Notes under the pieces: model-generated
What the model saw: the letters and a program-made list of their open reading frames with translations, nothing else
What the model was told of the DNA's origin: nothing
The model's database searches: none
DNA from: Felis catus
Lineage: Eukaryota
Direction: 5' to 3'
Assembly (NCBI RefSeq): GCF_018350175.1
Contig: NC_058368.1
Span: 226,796,001-226,860,000 of the forward strand
DNA: 64,000 bases
Shown here: positions 1-13,022 of the stretch, piece after piece
Position numbering within the stretch: position 1 is the first letter of the stretch
Layout of the letters: each line of letters opens with the position of its first letter
Program-made: the position numbers and the translations under genes

Positions 1-195
1 ACTGACTTCAGCTCAGGTCATGATCTCGCAGTTGATGGGTTTGAGCCCTGCGTTGGGCTCTGTGCTGATAGCTCAGAGCCTGGAGCCTGCTTCGGATTCT
101 GTGTCTCCCTCTCTGTCTGCGCGCCCCCACCCCCCACCCCCTGTCTCTCTGTGTCTCTCAAAAATGTATAAACACTGAAAAAATAAAAAAAGAAA
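1..195 (+). mobile_element. Carnivore/felid SINE (SINEC_Fc family), 5' end cut by the window edge
   Basis: Body gctcaggtcatgatctc...gagcctggagcctgcttcggattctgtgtctccc, (CT)n region, A-rich tail. Confidence 0.95.
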
Positions 196-660
196 GAAGT
201 TTCTTACTATGGGTTCATAATGATCATAATAAATGGTAGTGCCATTATGAGGCACTTAATAGAAAACACACAAACCATGTTTATTTGACATTGTGTTTAT
301 TATACAAATGAAGCAATGCATTCACAGAAAAGAACAGTCACTACTTAAAACACTCCTTTATGTTCTGGAAGAACAAGTATACAAGTCATTTCTAGTTGTA
401 TATTTGTAAGTCAGCTTATTAGCCCAGATTCATTCCAGATTCAATAATCATTTACCTTTGGAGTTCCAGGCACTGGGATGCTAACTTCTCACACGCAGGC
501 TACCCTTTCATTTATTCTGGGTTAATTCTGTGGAGTAGCTATTGCTTTTCCAATTTTACAAATGAGACTCTGGGTCTTAAAGATGAAGAAAAATCTCCCA
601 AATCCCACAGGTTGATTGTGTCTACAAATAACATAATGCTTGAAATTATTTTTTCTTTTC

Positions 661-1682
661 AGACATCCAGATGGCCAACAGACACACGAAACAATCCTCA
701 ACGTCACTCATCATCAGGGAAATACAAATCAAAACCACACTGAGATACCACCTCACACCGGTCAGAGTGGCTCACATGAACAACTCAGGAAACAACAGAT
801 GCTGGCAAGGATGTGGAGAAATGGGAACCCTCTTGCACTGTTGGTGGGAGTGAAAACTGGTGCAGCCGCTCTGGAAGACAGTGTGGGGGTTCCTCAAAAA
901 ATTAAAAATAGAACTACCCTATCACCCAGCAATAGCACTACTAGGAATTTACCCAAGGGATACAGGAGTGCTGATGCATAGGGGCACTTGTACCCCAATG
1001 TTTATAGCAGTGCTTTCAACAATAGCCAAATTATGGAAAGAGCCTAAATGTCTGTCAACTGATGAATGGATAAAGAAGATGTGGTTTATGTATACAATGG
1101 AATACTACATGGCAATGAGAAAGAATGAAATATGGCCTTTTGTAGCAATGTGGATAGAACTGGAGGGTATTATGCTGAGTGAAATAAGTCAGTCAGAGAA
1201 AGACAGATATCATATGTTTTCACTCATATGTGGATCTTGAGAAACTTAACAGAAGACCATGGGGGAGAAGAAGGGGGAAAAAAAGAGTTACAGACAGAGA
1301 GGGAGGGAGGCAAACCATGAGACTCTTTAAATTTTTTTTTTAACGTTTATTGATTTTTGAGACAGAGAGAGACAGAGCATGAACAGGGGTGGGTCAGAGA
1401 GAGAGAGGGAGACCCAGAATATGAAACAGGCTCCAGGCTCTGAGCTGTCAGCACAGAGCCTGATGTGGGGCTCGAACCCACGAACTGTGAGATCATGACC
1501 TGAGATGAAGTCGGACGCTTAACCGACTGAGCCACCCAGGCGCCCCAAACCATAAGAGACTCTTAAACACAGAGAACACACTGAGGGTTGATGGGGGTGG
1601 GGGAGAGGGCAAAGTGGGTGATGGGCATTGAGGAAGGCACTTGGAATGAGCACTTGGTGTTGACAATAAATAATATTAAAAA
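661..1682 (+). mobile_element. 5'-truncated LINE-1 (L1_Fc-like): ORF2 C-terminus plus 3' UTR
   Basis: ORFs 671-853 and 860-1240 read as L1 ORF2 C-terminus ([19 protein letters not shown]...[17 protein letters not shown]...YHMFSLICGS) with a nonsense codon at 851-853. TSD ttttttcttttca at 649-661 and 1683-1695. Confidence 0.95.
1331..1546 (-). mobile_element. SINEC inserted in the L1 3' UTR
   Basis: Reverse-complement SINE. Imperfect TSD aaaccat(aa)gagactctt at about 1312-1327 and 1547-1564. Confidence 0.95.
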
Positions 1683-2577
1683 TTTTTTCTTTTCATTTAC
1701 TATGCCTAAAAGAGTGAGGATTTTAGGGTTCCAAAGCTTGAAGTATCATGATTCCTAAAAAGCTGGGAAATGTGGCTAAATGCATTCTATCATGTATCTT
1801 ATTTCATGTTAAATATATTCCATATATTTCATACATGTATATGCTCTAAATCCAATATACTTCTATATATATGTCTGTGTTCTAAATCCAATATACTTAA
1901 TTGAGAACTACAATTGGCAGAGAGGCGTATTCGTATTTGAAAGGAATCTATTTTACCCTTGAAGCAGCTGATAGGGCAATGTCTGTAATTCTATCTGAAG
2001 GGCCTCACTGAGATAACAAATTAAGTTTTATGATTCACTTTTCTCATTCCTTCAAGCAAACAGTTCCAAACTCAATACACAGAGGTCACTCAGGGAACAT
2101 TCTGTCTTCAAAGTCGGCCTGATGTAGTCTCTCATTTTTCTGGCAATGACTTAGCTGGATGGGGTTGCAAGTGAGAGCTAGGACAACTTTGGAGCCCCAA
2201 ATTGTGTGATCAGTACTCAATGGTCTGGAGCTTTCCAGGTCAAAAAAACTTGGCAAAAATATCATCGGTAGAGGAGTGGGGCTGAGTAGGAAAGCGGCGG
2301 ACTTTGCAACTTGGGTCCTACTGGTGTATTATTCACAACAGAGAAACTCGTCCTTGCAATAATCCTTGAGTCCTGAAGACTCTCCATTAAATACGGAATT
2401 TTCTGGTTTATGATTGTGGTGTTAGGGCTGGAACAAGTCCCTTGTTTATAACAAAAATTCACATCAAGTCCCAGACCAGGAGCCTCAAGGTGAAACCCAC
2501 TATGCAGCTCTTCATATGTTTCCTATGGTTCAAATTCAATATCTTATTAATGCAATGTGTTTTCAAACCTGTCTTGG

Positions 2578-2700
2578 GTCCTGGAATTAGATAGTGGTAA
2601 TGGTTGCACATCTTTGAGAAGATACTAAAAAAATACTGAATTGTGTACTTTAAAAGCATGAATTTTATAGTATGTGAATTAAATCTCAATTTTTAAAAAA
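2578..2700 (+). mobile_element. Old L1M 3' end fragment
   Basis: agtggtaatggttgcaca...actgaattgtgtactttaaaa...gaattttatagtatgtgaatta matches the L1M terminal motif. Confidence 0.75.
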
Positions 2701-3393
2701 GTATTGGACTAATTCAAATGGCTTCTTGGACATCAAATAGATCTTACAAAGCAATATTTTGGTGATTTAAGTGTAAATGGAACAGAAACATATGGAGTAA
2801 ATTTCTGCAAAATTGCACATGATTTCAAAAATTAAGGGGGAAACGTTCTTGGCAAAACCTACTTGGGTTTCATCTAATCCAAAATACTTGAAAAATAAAT
2901 TAAGACATTTTGTAAACCAAAATACAGCTGGTTTTTCCATGCACTACGTATTTGTTATATACTGTCCTTATCACTAAATACATTTCTATTTTTTATGGGA
3001 AGGTACAGTCAGTTCAGGTACCCAGGTACAAAACTATGACTACTTAAGGCACCACACAGCATAAAGCAAGGTCACGCTGTGGAAATGTTGCTGCAATATA
3101 TTGAACACTATTTTCAAGGAAATATTCCCTGCTGAAACAATTAGAGAAGAAAGCCTGTGGTAACAGCCCCTGAGCGAGGTTCAAGAGCACAGAAAAACCG
3201 AAATCTCTGAGACTATTCATCAGAGACCATCTCATGTCCATCATACGTCAACAATCTCTGGGCACATAAGCACCACTGTTACTGGAAATGCAGTCTTCTA
3301 TATGGTTTTATAAAACCCAGTCACAAAAAGGGTAGATATTTACACATCTACCAGATTTTCGAGGTTGTCATAGAAAACCTTGAAATCGTTTTT

Positions 3394-3597
3394 TTAACGT
3401 TTATTTATTTCTGAGAGGCGGAGAGAGAGAACAAGCATGAGTGGGAGAGGGGCAGAGAGAGGGGGGAGCGGAGGATCAGAAGTGGTCTCCGTGCAGACCG
3501 AAGTGAGCCCGACGCGGGGCGCAAACTCACGAACGTGAGTGAGACCATGATATGAGCCAAAGTTGGACGCTCGACAGACTGAGCCACCCAGGCGCCC
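3394..3597 (-). mobile_element. SINEC
   Basis: Reverse-complement SINE. TSD tgaaatcgttttt at 3381-3393 and 3598-3610. Confidence 0.95.
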
Positions 3598-4144
3598 TGA
3601 AATCGTTTTTAAATTGTACATCTATTTTTTTCTCCTTTCTTTTCTACTCTATCCTGGATTGTAAAGTCTTCAGCAGAAACTGTGAGTACCCTTGTCACAG
3701 CCGATTTCGGTGCCTTATGGCTCCTTCCTACCCACAAAAATGTGTTGAATACATGCTCTTGATAGAGTGCCATTTTAACTGCCCTCACTTCTGCTCTGGT
3801 GTCATTTCTCAAAGAGACTTTCCCTGACCACTTTTGACCACCGGTTCTTACCCTCTGTCCACCAACCTTTCTTTACTTCCTAACATGGCATTATATTGTA
3901 AGTTGCTATCTGTTTACTGTCTGACTGTCTCCCTGGAATACTATTCTACAAACCAGGCACTTAGTTTTTCTCACTGCTCTCTGATAATCTGAGGACAAAT
4001 CATCAGAAGATACAGAGAAACCGGAGACTGGATCAGTTATGTTGACATTGGCTCCAAGGCCACAGAAGGAAATATTAAAGAAGAACTACCCATCTCACAA
4101 ATAGCCATTTCTAAATTACTGGAATTTACGAAAGGGAAATACCA

Positions 4145-4731
4145 TATAGGACTACCGGACCCAGTTTCCGTTACTGGATCCTCCCCAGATCTGCTCAGAT
4201 ATGGCTCGCCCAAGGGCTTGGCAACTCATGCTGCTTCCTGGTCCATAGGGAGCCAGCGAGTACTTCATGTTTCACATGATGGCAAAGCCACCATGGTAAC
4301 AGGATCACATGTCTTAATACCACTGATGTTAATAGCCTTTAACAAGGGTCAGGAACTTTGGCAGTGGAGACACAGGACCTCTAGCATGTGGGTCCTACTG
4401 GCTTCTTCAGCATCTACACAGGCTGATTCTCATGTCCCACGGAGTGATCTCTAAACGACTGGATGGAAAAACGCAGGCAGATACGTTGCTCATCGACCCC
4501 CACTCCATATAGACTATGCTGAGAGGTAAAAGTTCCATATTGCCTCACTGGAGCTATTTCATACATCCACATAACCAGCTATGTTTTCTTGTGAAGCTGT
4601 GGCCAGCTTGGTAATCCACAAACTCAGATTTGTTTTCTCCTTTCCTGCCTTCCCTTTCGCCCTCCTTGTGGCTTCACTAGATCACGATGTAAACCTTGTT
4701 CTCCAGAATTCTAGGCATCTGGGCTAGGATA
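4145..4731 (+). mobile_element. ERV-L class LTR (LTR33/LTR16-like); 5' boundary approximate
   Basis: gtgaagctgtggccagcttggtaa motif and ...ctgggctaggata end, directly followed by ERV-L internal-like sequence. Confidence 0.65.
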
Positions 4732-6160
4732 ACTGGCCATAGAAAGCGGTCTCTGGGGATAGGATTTCGGAAGTTGATTTCCCACCTGTAATAGTAACAG
4801 TTACTAAATCTCTCACCTGTCGATAGTTGAGATAGCATGTGACTGGAAAGAAAGGCATCGGGAGATAATGCAGCTCCCACTCTTGGTTAGTAGGAGGGAT
4901 GTGGTCATAATAAAGACTGTGGTAGCGAGGGGATGCTTTCGTTAACAATGGAGGACTTGTAAGAAGAAAGTGATAGGCTTAGGGGAACAAACAGCCAACT
5001 CTACTTTGAAAGCCTGGGGGCCTCTATGGTCGCTTTAAAGGGAAAGTGCACTTCCTTCAGACACAAGAGTATATTAAAGATCAGGCCTGGTATCTGATTA
5101 TCAGCGTGGCAGTATTATAAAAGAGACTAAAGGGAGGTTCTCTACTGAGGTTGACACCTGATAGAAAGAGTGAGAACAGGGCATTTTAGCTCAATGCGTC
5201 CAATAACCTTAATGCCTCAATTCCCCAGAATTCTACCGGTCAGCAAAAGAAGTCCCCTCCGCACTTATCAGAGAAGGATAAACTCCTGTTGCCTGGAGAT
5301 TGTATAAAGACCTTACCTGAAGCAGGTGACTCTCAGTGTGTCTTGTCTTTTTCGGATGGTCTGTGCCCACAATGCCTCATTTTGTGACCAGACCAGGTGG
5401 CAATACATAACTCTCTGAGGCAAAGTAGGTGTAATTATGGAACAGGCAGCAGACATCTCAGAGGGACAGAGAGTCATAACGTTTGATCCACCAAGACCCA
5501 CAGCGATGGTGTTTGGAGAAGACAGAAAAGACCAAGAAATACTTAGGTAACTAATCGTGTTGCTTGATTTGTATAATCAAAAAATATCAAAGTCTGAGGA
5601 AATGAAGGATGATGTCAGCAGCTATAATGGAAAATCAAGATTCCTCACTCTGACTCCAGAGCTAAGTTAAACCACAAGCTCAGAGCCATACGATTAAAAG
5701 GAAGGCATGATCAGTGGAATAAAGTAAACAGGGTGTATGTTTCCCTAATCCTTCCTCCAAAGGGACCCATGGCCAGTTTGCAAGGCAACCATGAGTTTGG
5801 GAAGGAAGAATTATCTGAGTATCTGAGAGCCGTGAGATACAGAATCTGAGCATACATTGATCTAATGAGACCTAAAATGCCTTCATAGTCTTTCAATGAG
5901 GATGGACATTTTATTTTTTAAAATATTTATTTAATTTTGGGAGAGTGAAAGAGAGCACAAGTGGGGGAGGGGCAGAGAGAGAGAGGGAAACACAGAATCC
6001 GAAGCAGGCCCCAGGCTCTGAGCTGTCAGCCCAGGGCCCAACGCGGGGCTTGAACTCACAGACCGCGAGATCATGACCTGAGCTACAGTCGGACTGAGCC
6101 TCCCAGGCACCCCAAGGATGGACATTTCAGAGACTTGAGGAGACAGGGTAGATGGGGAAA
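4732..6160 (+). mobile_element. Decayed ERV-L internal region (gag and protease remnants)
   Basis: Translates in pieces to EESDRLRGTNSQL..ESLGASMVALK (gag N-terminal coiled coil), LLDLYNQKISKS and PPRDPWP. DTESEHTLI at 5836-5862 resembles the ERV-L protease motif DTGSELTLI. Confidence 0.75.
5912..6113 (-). mobile_element. SINEC inserted in the ERV-L protease remnant
   Basis: TSD aggatggacattt at 5899-5911 and 6115-6127. Confidence 0.95.
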
Positions 6161-6714
6161 ACTTCCAAGAATGTGGGTAGGCATAGGATTCAATGCACCG
6201 AGTGACTTCTGAAACCTGAGGATAGGGTAGATGGGGACATTAGTTATATGTGGTTAGAGAAGTTAGCAAAGGAGAAAAGTAGATGACAGGATGGAGGCTG
6301 GGAGAGGAAAGAACTTCACATAGGAAATGGCTTGTCAATAAACATTCTGTGGTGAGATCATTTGTTCTAGAGATGAACTCCTGAGTGTTTTTTATATTCG
6401 TAGAACAGCAGAAGACAAATTCTGCCCACAGCTGTTTATGAGGAAAAGGCCATTGTTTTTTTTTCTTTCCTTTTCCTTTCTTTTAAAACTTGGCTCTAGG
6501 GGAAGGGACAGGGGAGTCTTCTTGGAATGGAGCTAGGATAGGGCAAGCACAGATGCAGGGGGTCAAATTTTGACTAGCCGGAACATGGCGATAATGGCAA
6601 GAGAGGTCGGTTTAGCTCTCAGTTACAATCTATTTTAGTATTATGGCCTTGGGCAAGCATATTAAAATTGGAAGGGGCCTTGAGAGTCATTAAACAGGAA
6701 AGGAAATTGGAGGA

Positions 6715-6905
6715 CTGTTTTAGCCTGGGTTCCTTGGAAAACAGAGCCCAAAGCAAAGTGTAGTTACTTTATCAAATCATGTAAATCCCATGCTGAGGTG
6801 AAGAGAAAGGGAAGAGATTTAGGGCAAAAAAGAGAAGGCAAGTGAAAATATGGGTGGGACTTTACCTAGACGGCCACATCTTCCCAAGAAACAAAACTCT
6901 TTGCT
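6715..6905 (-). mobile_element. LTR33/LTR16-like 3' fragment, opposite orientation to the LTR at 4145-4731
   Basis: tgttttagcctgggttccttggaaaacagagcc...ggccacatcttcccaagaaaca resembles the reverse complement of that LTR's end. Confidence 0.65.
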
Positions 6906-7083
6906 TAGGCAAATAAGATATTTATAAATTAGTAAAATTAACAAGTGAATTTATCGAGATCAATATAAAAATGGATTTTTATACAGTAGCAACAATTAGA
7001 AAAATAGGTTAACTGAGGAGGAAAAAGGGCAGGTTGTATCTCTTACCCTGTTAGGGCAATATATACATCCCACCTACTTCTAT

Positions 7084-7196
7084 TTTTTTTTTTTTTTTTT
7101 TTTAGGTACACTCTACCTTCAGCATGGGGCTCGAACTCATGCCCCCGACATCAAGGGTCACACACTCTACTGACTGAGCCAGCCAGGAGCTCCCCC
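7084..7196 (-). mobile_element. Short carnivore SINE lacking the (CT)n segment (older SINEC type)
   Basis: T-tail, ggggctcgaactcat B-box and actgagccagccagg head in reverse complement. Confidence 0.8.
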
Positions 7197-8994
7197 ACCC
7201 CCGCCAATCTTCTTCTATAAACAGGGTGTAGAATACACATTTTTTACAGTTAGCTCTGAATTTTCGGTTATGTAGAAGTGTCCTTAGTAAAAATTTCAAG
7301 CAATTTCCCTGAAAAAGATTGTGATGGTAAAGAATCTCCTGCGACCATTTGTAGAGCCTTAGTGAAATATCCTCTGAGGGTTGATAGCTTTGATTTTCAA
7401 GAAAATGGTGGGTCTTCCCTGGTAAACTAGAAGCAGGACTAGTTCAAGGTTCTGTCTAGGCTCTTGTTGGTACCTCTCTGGTGTACCTAAACGTCTTCAC
7501 CATACAACCCAGAAAAATGTCTTCCTTACTCGGTTCTGTGAACACAACATCTGCATTCTGTTTGGCCCTCTGCACCTGGACCTCAGTCCTACCTCTGTGA
7601 TTCCTTCGGACTTCACAGAGCTTTCTTTAGGAGACATGACCCGGTTCCAGTTGGAAGGCATTGTGGGTATTAACAAGAGATTATGATTTTGACATGAATA
7701 CAGCTGCAGATATTTAAGTCTGAGCAACAAAATCACAAGTTTACTTCTCTGAGCTATCACTGTTAATACAGTGTTTCCTACTCTGTTGTAAATGTAATCA
7801 CCGGCCCCGGCTGTCACTTCTTGCTTCCTCCCAAGAAACTGGGTCTGATTTACTTGATAAATGTGAATGACTTTTTAAAAAGTTCCTTTTAAGGACTGGT
7901 AAATTACAGACTTAAATGTATTTTTTGGTTTTCCGGACTTTTTCTACAACCTAACTGAAGAGTCATGCAATGGTTTTCTAAGCAAAATGCTACAGCATTT
8001 TAACCTTCAGAGAATCTCTCCGAATAACTTAAAAAAAATTCTGGAGTGTACAAAAAGAATTATTTTGGGAGTCATTTAAAGAGTGCTGACCTTTGGTCAC
8101 TTACTCCACCTAACTGTACGTGAAATTCTAATACACATCGTACACATGTTCCTAATAAACCCTAAGTGTTTGGATCTGTCCAACATTTTTCTTTGTTTTT
8201 TTTTTTTCTCAGCTGAATATGGTGGAAAGTAAAATTATTTATTCAGTAAAAATGTCACATGTTGTGAGTCATTCATTCAACAGTGTTTGGTTAATTTGAT
8301 TTGGTTGGGTAATTTTATAAATCTGATATATTTCCTTAGAAATCTTTTGGCACTGGAAGCATATTAAAATCCGCCAAAACAAAACAAAACAAAACAAAAA
8401 GATACAAACCCCAAAACAAAAAAACAAACCAAAACCCACCAGCCAAACAAAAGCCTATTTATCCTAGGATTGGGAAGATTCAATTGCATCCAGATGAGGA
8501 TAAAATCCACTTCATATTTTCAAAGCAAATAAAATTAATTGTGTCAAAAATTAATCCTTTGGAGACTTCTGGAATGTGTATTTTCCCCATTCTAATTCCT
8601 GTGACATTCTAGTGACCCTATTTTGCATTATCTATACATTCCCCCACCTGTCTCCTTGTCTTCCTTCTTGTCCATCATTGTCTTTATTTCTGAGTCACAT
8701 AGTCTTTGTGACCCCACAACTGAAATGGACAGTTGAACCAAGGACATAGGGGCTTTGAGGAACGAACTGGCCAGAGTTATGTCTCATTTTGGACGCTCAA
8801 CTAATTTGTTTGGCTACAGGATCCCCAGGCGCTCTTTAATCCAGTGTGCCTTGTCAGAGAATCCTCCTTCGACATTCTTTGCAGCTTATCTACCCAAGGT
8901 GAGGTGGACGGGCTTGAGTGCCCACTGTTGGGGGCTAAACGTGGGTCACTTCCACGGAAGAGAAAGGGAGAGAGTCTCAAGTGATTACATTGTG

Positions 8995-9300
8995 GTCAAA
9001 GTGTACACACTTGCAACGAGAAGACAAGACGATGAAGTTCTGGAGATCTAATGCACGGCCTAGTGATTAGAGAGATTACAATGTTCTACTGTATACTTCA
9101 AAGTTGCCAAGAGAGTAAATCTTGAATGTTCTCACAACAAAAAGGAAACAATCATTTTGTGATATGATCGAGGTGTTGACTAATGCTACAGTAGTAATCA
9201 TATTGCACTGTATCTGTGTATCAAATCGACACATTATACACCTTAAGCTGACACAATGTTGTATGTCCATCCTTTCTCAATTTAAGTAAAATAAACAAGA
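8995..9300 (+). mobile_element. L1MA-type 3' end fragment
   Basis: aagttctggagatctaatg...aaagttgccaagagagtaaatcttgaatgttctcac...ccttaagctgacacaatgttgtatgtc. Confidence 0.85.
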
Positions 9301-9453
9301 TAAAATTGCATACGTGAGCGAATGAACTAGCCTATGAGCCATTGTAGAAAATAGGTAATTACTCATTAATCGTAACTGACTTTGGATCAAGACTATTCTG
9401 TCAAAATGTGATTTTATTACTTTGGTAATTCCCTAAATTAAACCCGAAGACAC

Positions 9454-9665
9454 GGGGTGCCTGGGTGGCTCAGTCGGTTAAGCGTCCGACTTCAGCCAGG
9501 TCACGATCTCGCGGTCCGTGATTTCGAGCCCCGCGTCGGGCTCTGGGCTGATGGCTCAGAGCCTGGAGCCTGTTTCGGATTCTGTGTCTCCCTCTCTCTC
9601 TGCCCCTCCCCCGTTCATGCTCTGTCTCTCTCTGTCCCAAAAATAAATAAACGTTGAAAAAAAAA
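9454..9665 (+). mobile_element. Young SINEC_Fc
   Basis: Near-consensus sequence with CpGs retained. No TSD found. Confidence 0.95.
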
Positions 9666-10204
9666 TAATTAGTATGAGTTATTTTTAAGCCAGAGTAAAA
9701 ATGTACACAAAGGTTCCATATCTGGATAGGGTCTTTTGATTTCTTTGGGTGTCTTTAACTGCTTCTATTTGTGCTATTGCGTACTTCGCAGTACTAAAAA
9801 CTAGGCTGACATGCCTTATGTAAATAATATCCTAAAGAAATATATTGTATTTTAAAAAAAATCCGTTAGACATAAATCTGTGACTTTATACAATGCCAGT
9901 CATAAAAGGCTAAATTAAAATTCATATAGCTTGGTTTCATACCCCTTAAAAGCAATCTAAAGACCATCTCTATATAATGCCGAGTAACTGGAAAGCAAAA
10001 AGTCACCTGAAAATGAAATAACTTAGTGTCGCAGCTATGAACAAGTGTTTGTGGTTTCATATATTCTAGACATATATAGTTGCACCAAATTTTCAATTTT
10101 CATTCAAGTGTTATATATCGAGTATAGCATCAGGCAGATGCTTTCTCTAGCCCTCGAGGATTATAGGCACTAATCAAGGACGTTATATTTATCCCTATAA
10201 CTAG

Positions 10205-10437
10205 TGCGTTAGTCTATTCGAGCTGCTCTAGCAAAATATCATAGACCGAGAGGCTTATAAACAACAGAAATTTATTTCTTATTGTTCTGGAGTCTGGAAG
10301 TCTAAGATCAAGGTGCAGTCAGAATAGGTGTGTGATGGGGGCCAATTTCTTGGTCCATAGTTTTTTCTCTGTGTCCTCTCATGGCAGAAGGAGCAAGGGA
10401 GCTTCATGGGATCTCTTTTATAAGGGCACAAATCATA
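10205..10437 (-). mobile_element. MaLR LTR (MLT1A-like), partial
   Basis: ggcttataaacaacagaaatttatttct...tggaagtctaagatcaaggtg. Confidence 0.85.
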
Positions 10438-11717
10438 AGGCTAGCGTTCTTGCTGGTCTGCTCCCAGCAGCCTCCTACACAGAAACCTTCCTCTCGATGT
10501 CTCTTCCAGGGAACCTGAGCCTAAGACCTGCGTTTAACATTAAGCATACCATTTGGTCTCTTATGGCAAGTCAAGTACTTTCTAGAAAAATGTTGGGATG
10601 AAGGTCATAGTTCAGCAGGGAGAGGCTTTTCAAGGTCAGCATGCTAATGCTCACTTGTAAAGTAAAAACATAATTGTCAAACAACAGCGTCTCAGCCATG
10701 TGTAGACGGTTCTCTCTAGAGAGAGCCATGTTTCAGATGGTCTCCCATTTGGCTCCAGCCCAGTTTGAAAGGTACTCGTTCTACCAAAATGAGTCAAGAT
10801 TGAGGGAGCTCCGCAGTTTCAGATCGAAAGCAGAATATAGAGGTCCAAACAAAGAAAACTGATTACTGAGGCTGAAAGATGCAGGACTATCCAAAAGAAG
10901 GCACTAGACGCCATTTCTAGTGGTAGTAGGTGTTTTGCAGAAGCAACGTCTCTGGAGACTACAGATGTTGTCTTAGCGGTGAGTCTCCAGAAACCATACA
11001 AGTAGAGACTGAGGATAAAGACACTTTGGTAAGAAAAAGACTCTGTGTGGTGATGTGAGGAACAACAGCTTGGAGCAGACAGAAGAGACCCACAGAGCCT
11101 AACTAATGTAGGCCAACCAAACAGCTTCCCTTCTACAGCAAGTCAGAAACAATCTTGTTAAAAAAGGAGGAAACAATCCTATTGAACCCTCTCTTGGGTG
11201 GAGTTTCTCTGCTCCTTCCAATGTAAGTGTTTGGCATCAGTATTAGACAAACCGTGACTTTATACATAAATTCACTAAACAAGAAATTATCTTCGTTTAT
11301 CATGGAGTTTTCAGACACTCTCTATTTACCTTTCTGTTGTCTATAAAGCCCCAAATCAAAAAAACAAAAACAAAAAAGCAACTCTTCCAGGTGTTTTCAT
11401 ACAGAAACATTTGTAACCATACAACCTTCACCAAGATTTTGGTGCCTGGGGTGAGTAGGTCAGTCGTGTCTTTAGGTAACTTTATAGCTGGTGTTACTTT
11501 AGTCTGGGCTCAGGCTCCATATACACTGCATTTTCAGAGAGCTTTCTTGTTTCTTCTTTGTTGGCTGGTTATCTCCTGTTACGCACCAGACACCAAGAGG
11601 CAGACGAGCCCAGATCGGATTCTGGTGCTCCACTGAAGAGTCCTGTTGCTTGATAGCAAGATACTACACTGCTAAACTTCTATTTGTTCGTTTGTTGAAT
11701 CTGTCTGTTTAATCTAG

Positions 11718-11935
11718 ATCTGTGTTGTCCGATAAAACTCCCACCATGATGGAAATAGTCTATGTTCTGTGTTGTCCAATATGGCAGCCATAAGCAACAT
11801 GTATCTATCAAACCCTTGGAATGTGTCTGATGTGACTGAGAAACTCAATATTAAATCTTATTCCATTTTAATTAACTTGTATTTAAATGTAAATAGTCAC
11901 ATGTGGCCAGGGGCTACCATACTGTGCAAAGTAGA
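11718..11935. mobile_element. hAT-Charlie MITE (MER3-like)
   Basis: tgttgtccaatatggcagcca...atttaaatgtaaatagtcacatgtggccaggggctaccatactg. Confidence 0.8.
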
Positions 11936-12113
11936 TATCAGTTGACATTTAGGTGATAAAATTTCATATTCCTATTACTCTAAGACGTTTGGAGATTTCT
12001 GCCATTGGTCCAAATAGTTATGAAATCCTGTGGCTTCACTGTAGATAAAGGCTTGTATGTCATTGACTTGTGATCTGTTCTTGCTAACAATTAAGGCTTC
12101 TCATGATCTAAAA

Positions 12114-12355
12114 CAGAGGTTGGTAAATTATGGTCCTCAGGCCAAATCCAGCTCGCTGCCAATTTTTGTTGGGTTTTGAAAAAAATCCAACAGTTGTGTT
12201 GGAACACAGCCATGCCATTGACTTCAGTATTGTCTATCACTACTTTTGTGCTGCGATGGCAGAATGGAAGAGCATTACAGAGACTGTGTGGCTGGCAAAG
12301 CCAAAAACATTTCTACCTGGCCTTTACAAGAAAAAAAAAAAATTGCCTACCCCTC
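12114..12355. mobile_element. hAT-Charlie MITE (MER58A-like)
   Basis: cagaggttggtaaattatggtcc...ttggaacacagccatgcc...ctggcctttacaagaaaa...ttgcctacccct. Confidence 0.85.
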
Positions 12356-13022
12356 ACTTACAATATGGCAAATTTTCTCTCTCATTGTATGTTATAAGGA
12401 TAAAATGTTTATGCCTTCTGTATTATTTTACTCTATTTTAGAAGATAAGACTTTCGTATTGGAATGTTGGGTGCCTCTTCATTTTTCTTCTCATTCTGAC
12501 ACCAATTAAATGTCATCGGTTCAGCGGTTAGCTCCGCTCGCCTTGTTTTAAATTTTGGCTATCTGATGAGCTGTCTCGGGCAGTGGTTATTCCAGTAATG
12601 TGACCAAACGTTGCACTAACCTTTAAGTGACTTTAGAGGACTTCAAAGTCCTTCCAGGTGATTTTGGCTTTATTTGTAAAAAAAATATAGAATTCAATTC
12701 ATTGATTTTATGTATTTTTGGGATGGATTTCTCCACAGAAAAAAAGTGGATCAACTGCTCTCAAATACAAATATGACTTCAGTTTCTCATTAGCAGCAAA
12801 GTTAGGATTTGCACAAAATTTTTACTGCATTTTTGGATGCTTTTATTTACCATCTCCAAACCATTATGCTCCTCAACCCAAAGTCATGGTGGCTTCTCAC
12901 TCCCAAGTCATGGTGGCTACTTCAAAGAGATCTGTTGATGATTATTCACCTATCAATTGTCAAGTTAAAATCCAGGACTTATTAATACACATATTAATTA
13001 AGACATTAATAAATTTATTATG

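Noticed and set aside
9457-9657. Recurrent ORF families (PGWLSRLSVRLQPGHDLAVR..., AQSVKRPTSAQVMIS...) across the window
   Set aside because: These are translations of SINEC copies, not a gene family.
12515-12590. Vault-RNA-like tcagcggtta, and ctgatga followed by a hairpin
   Set aside because: The match is only about 10 nt with no B-box or terminator, and no GAAA follows the hairpin, so it is neither a vault RNA nor a hammerhead.
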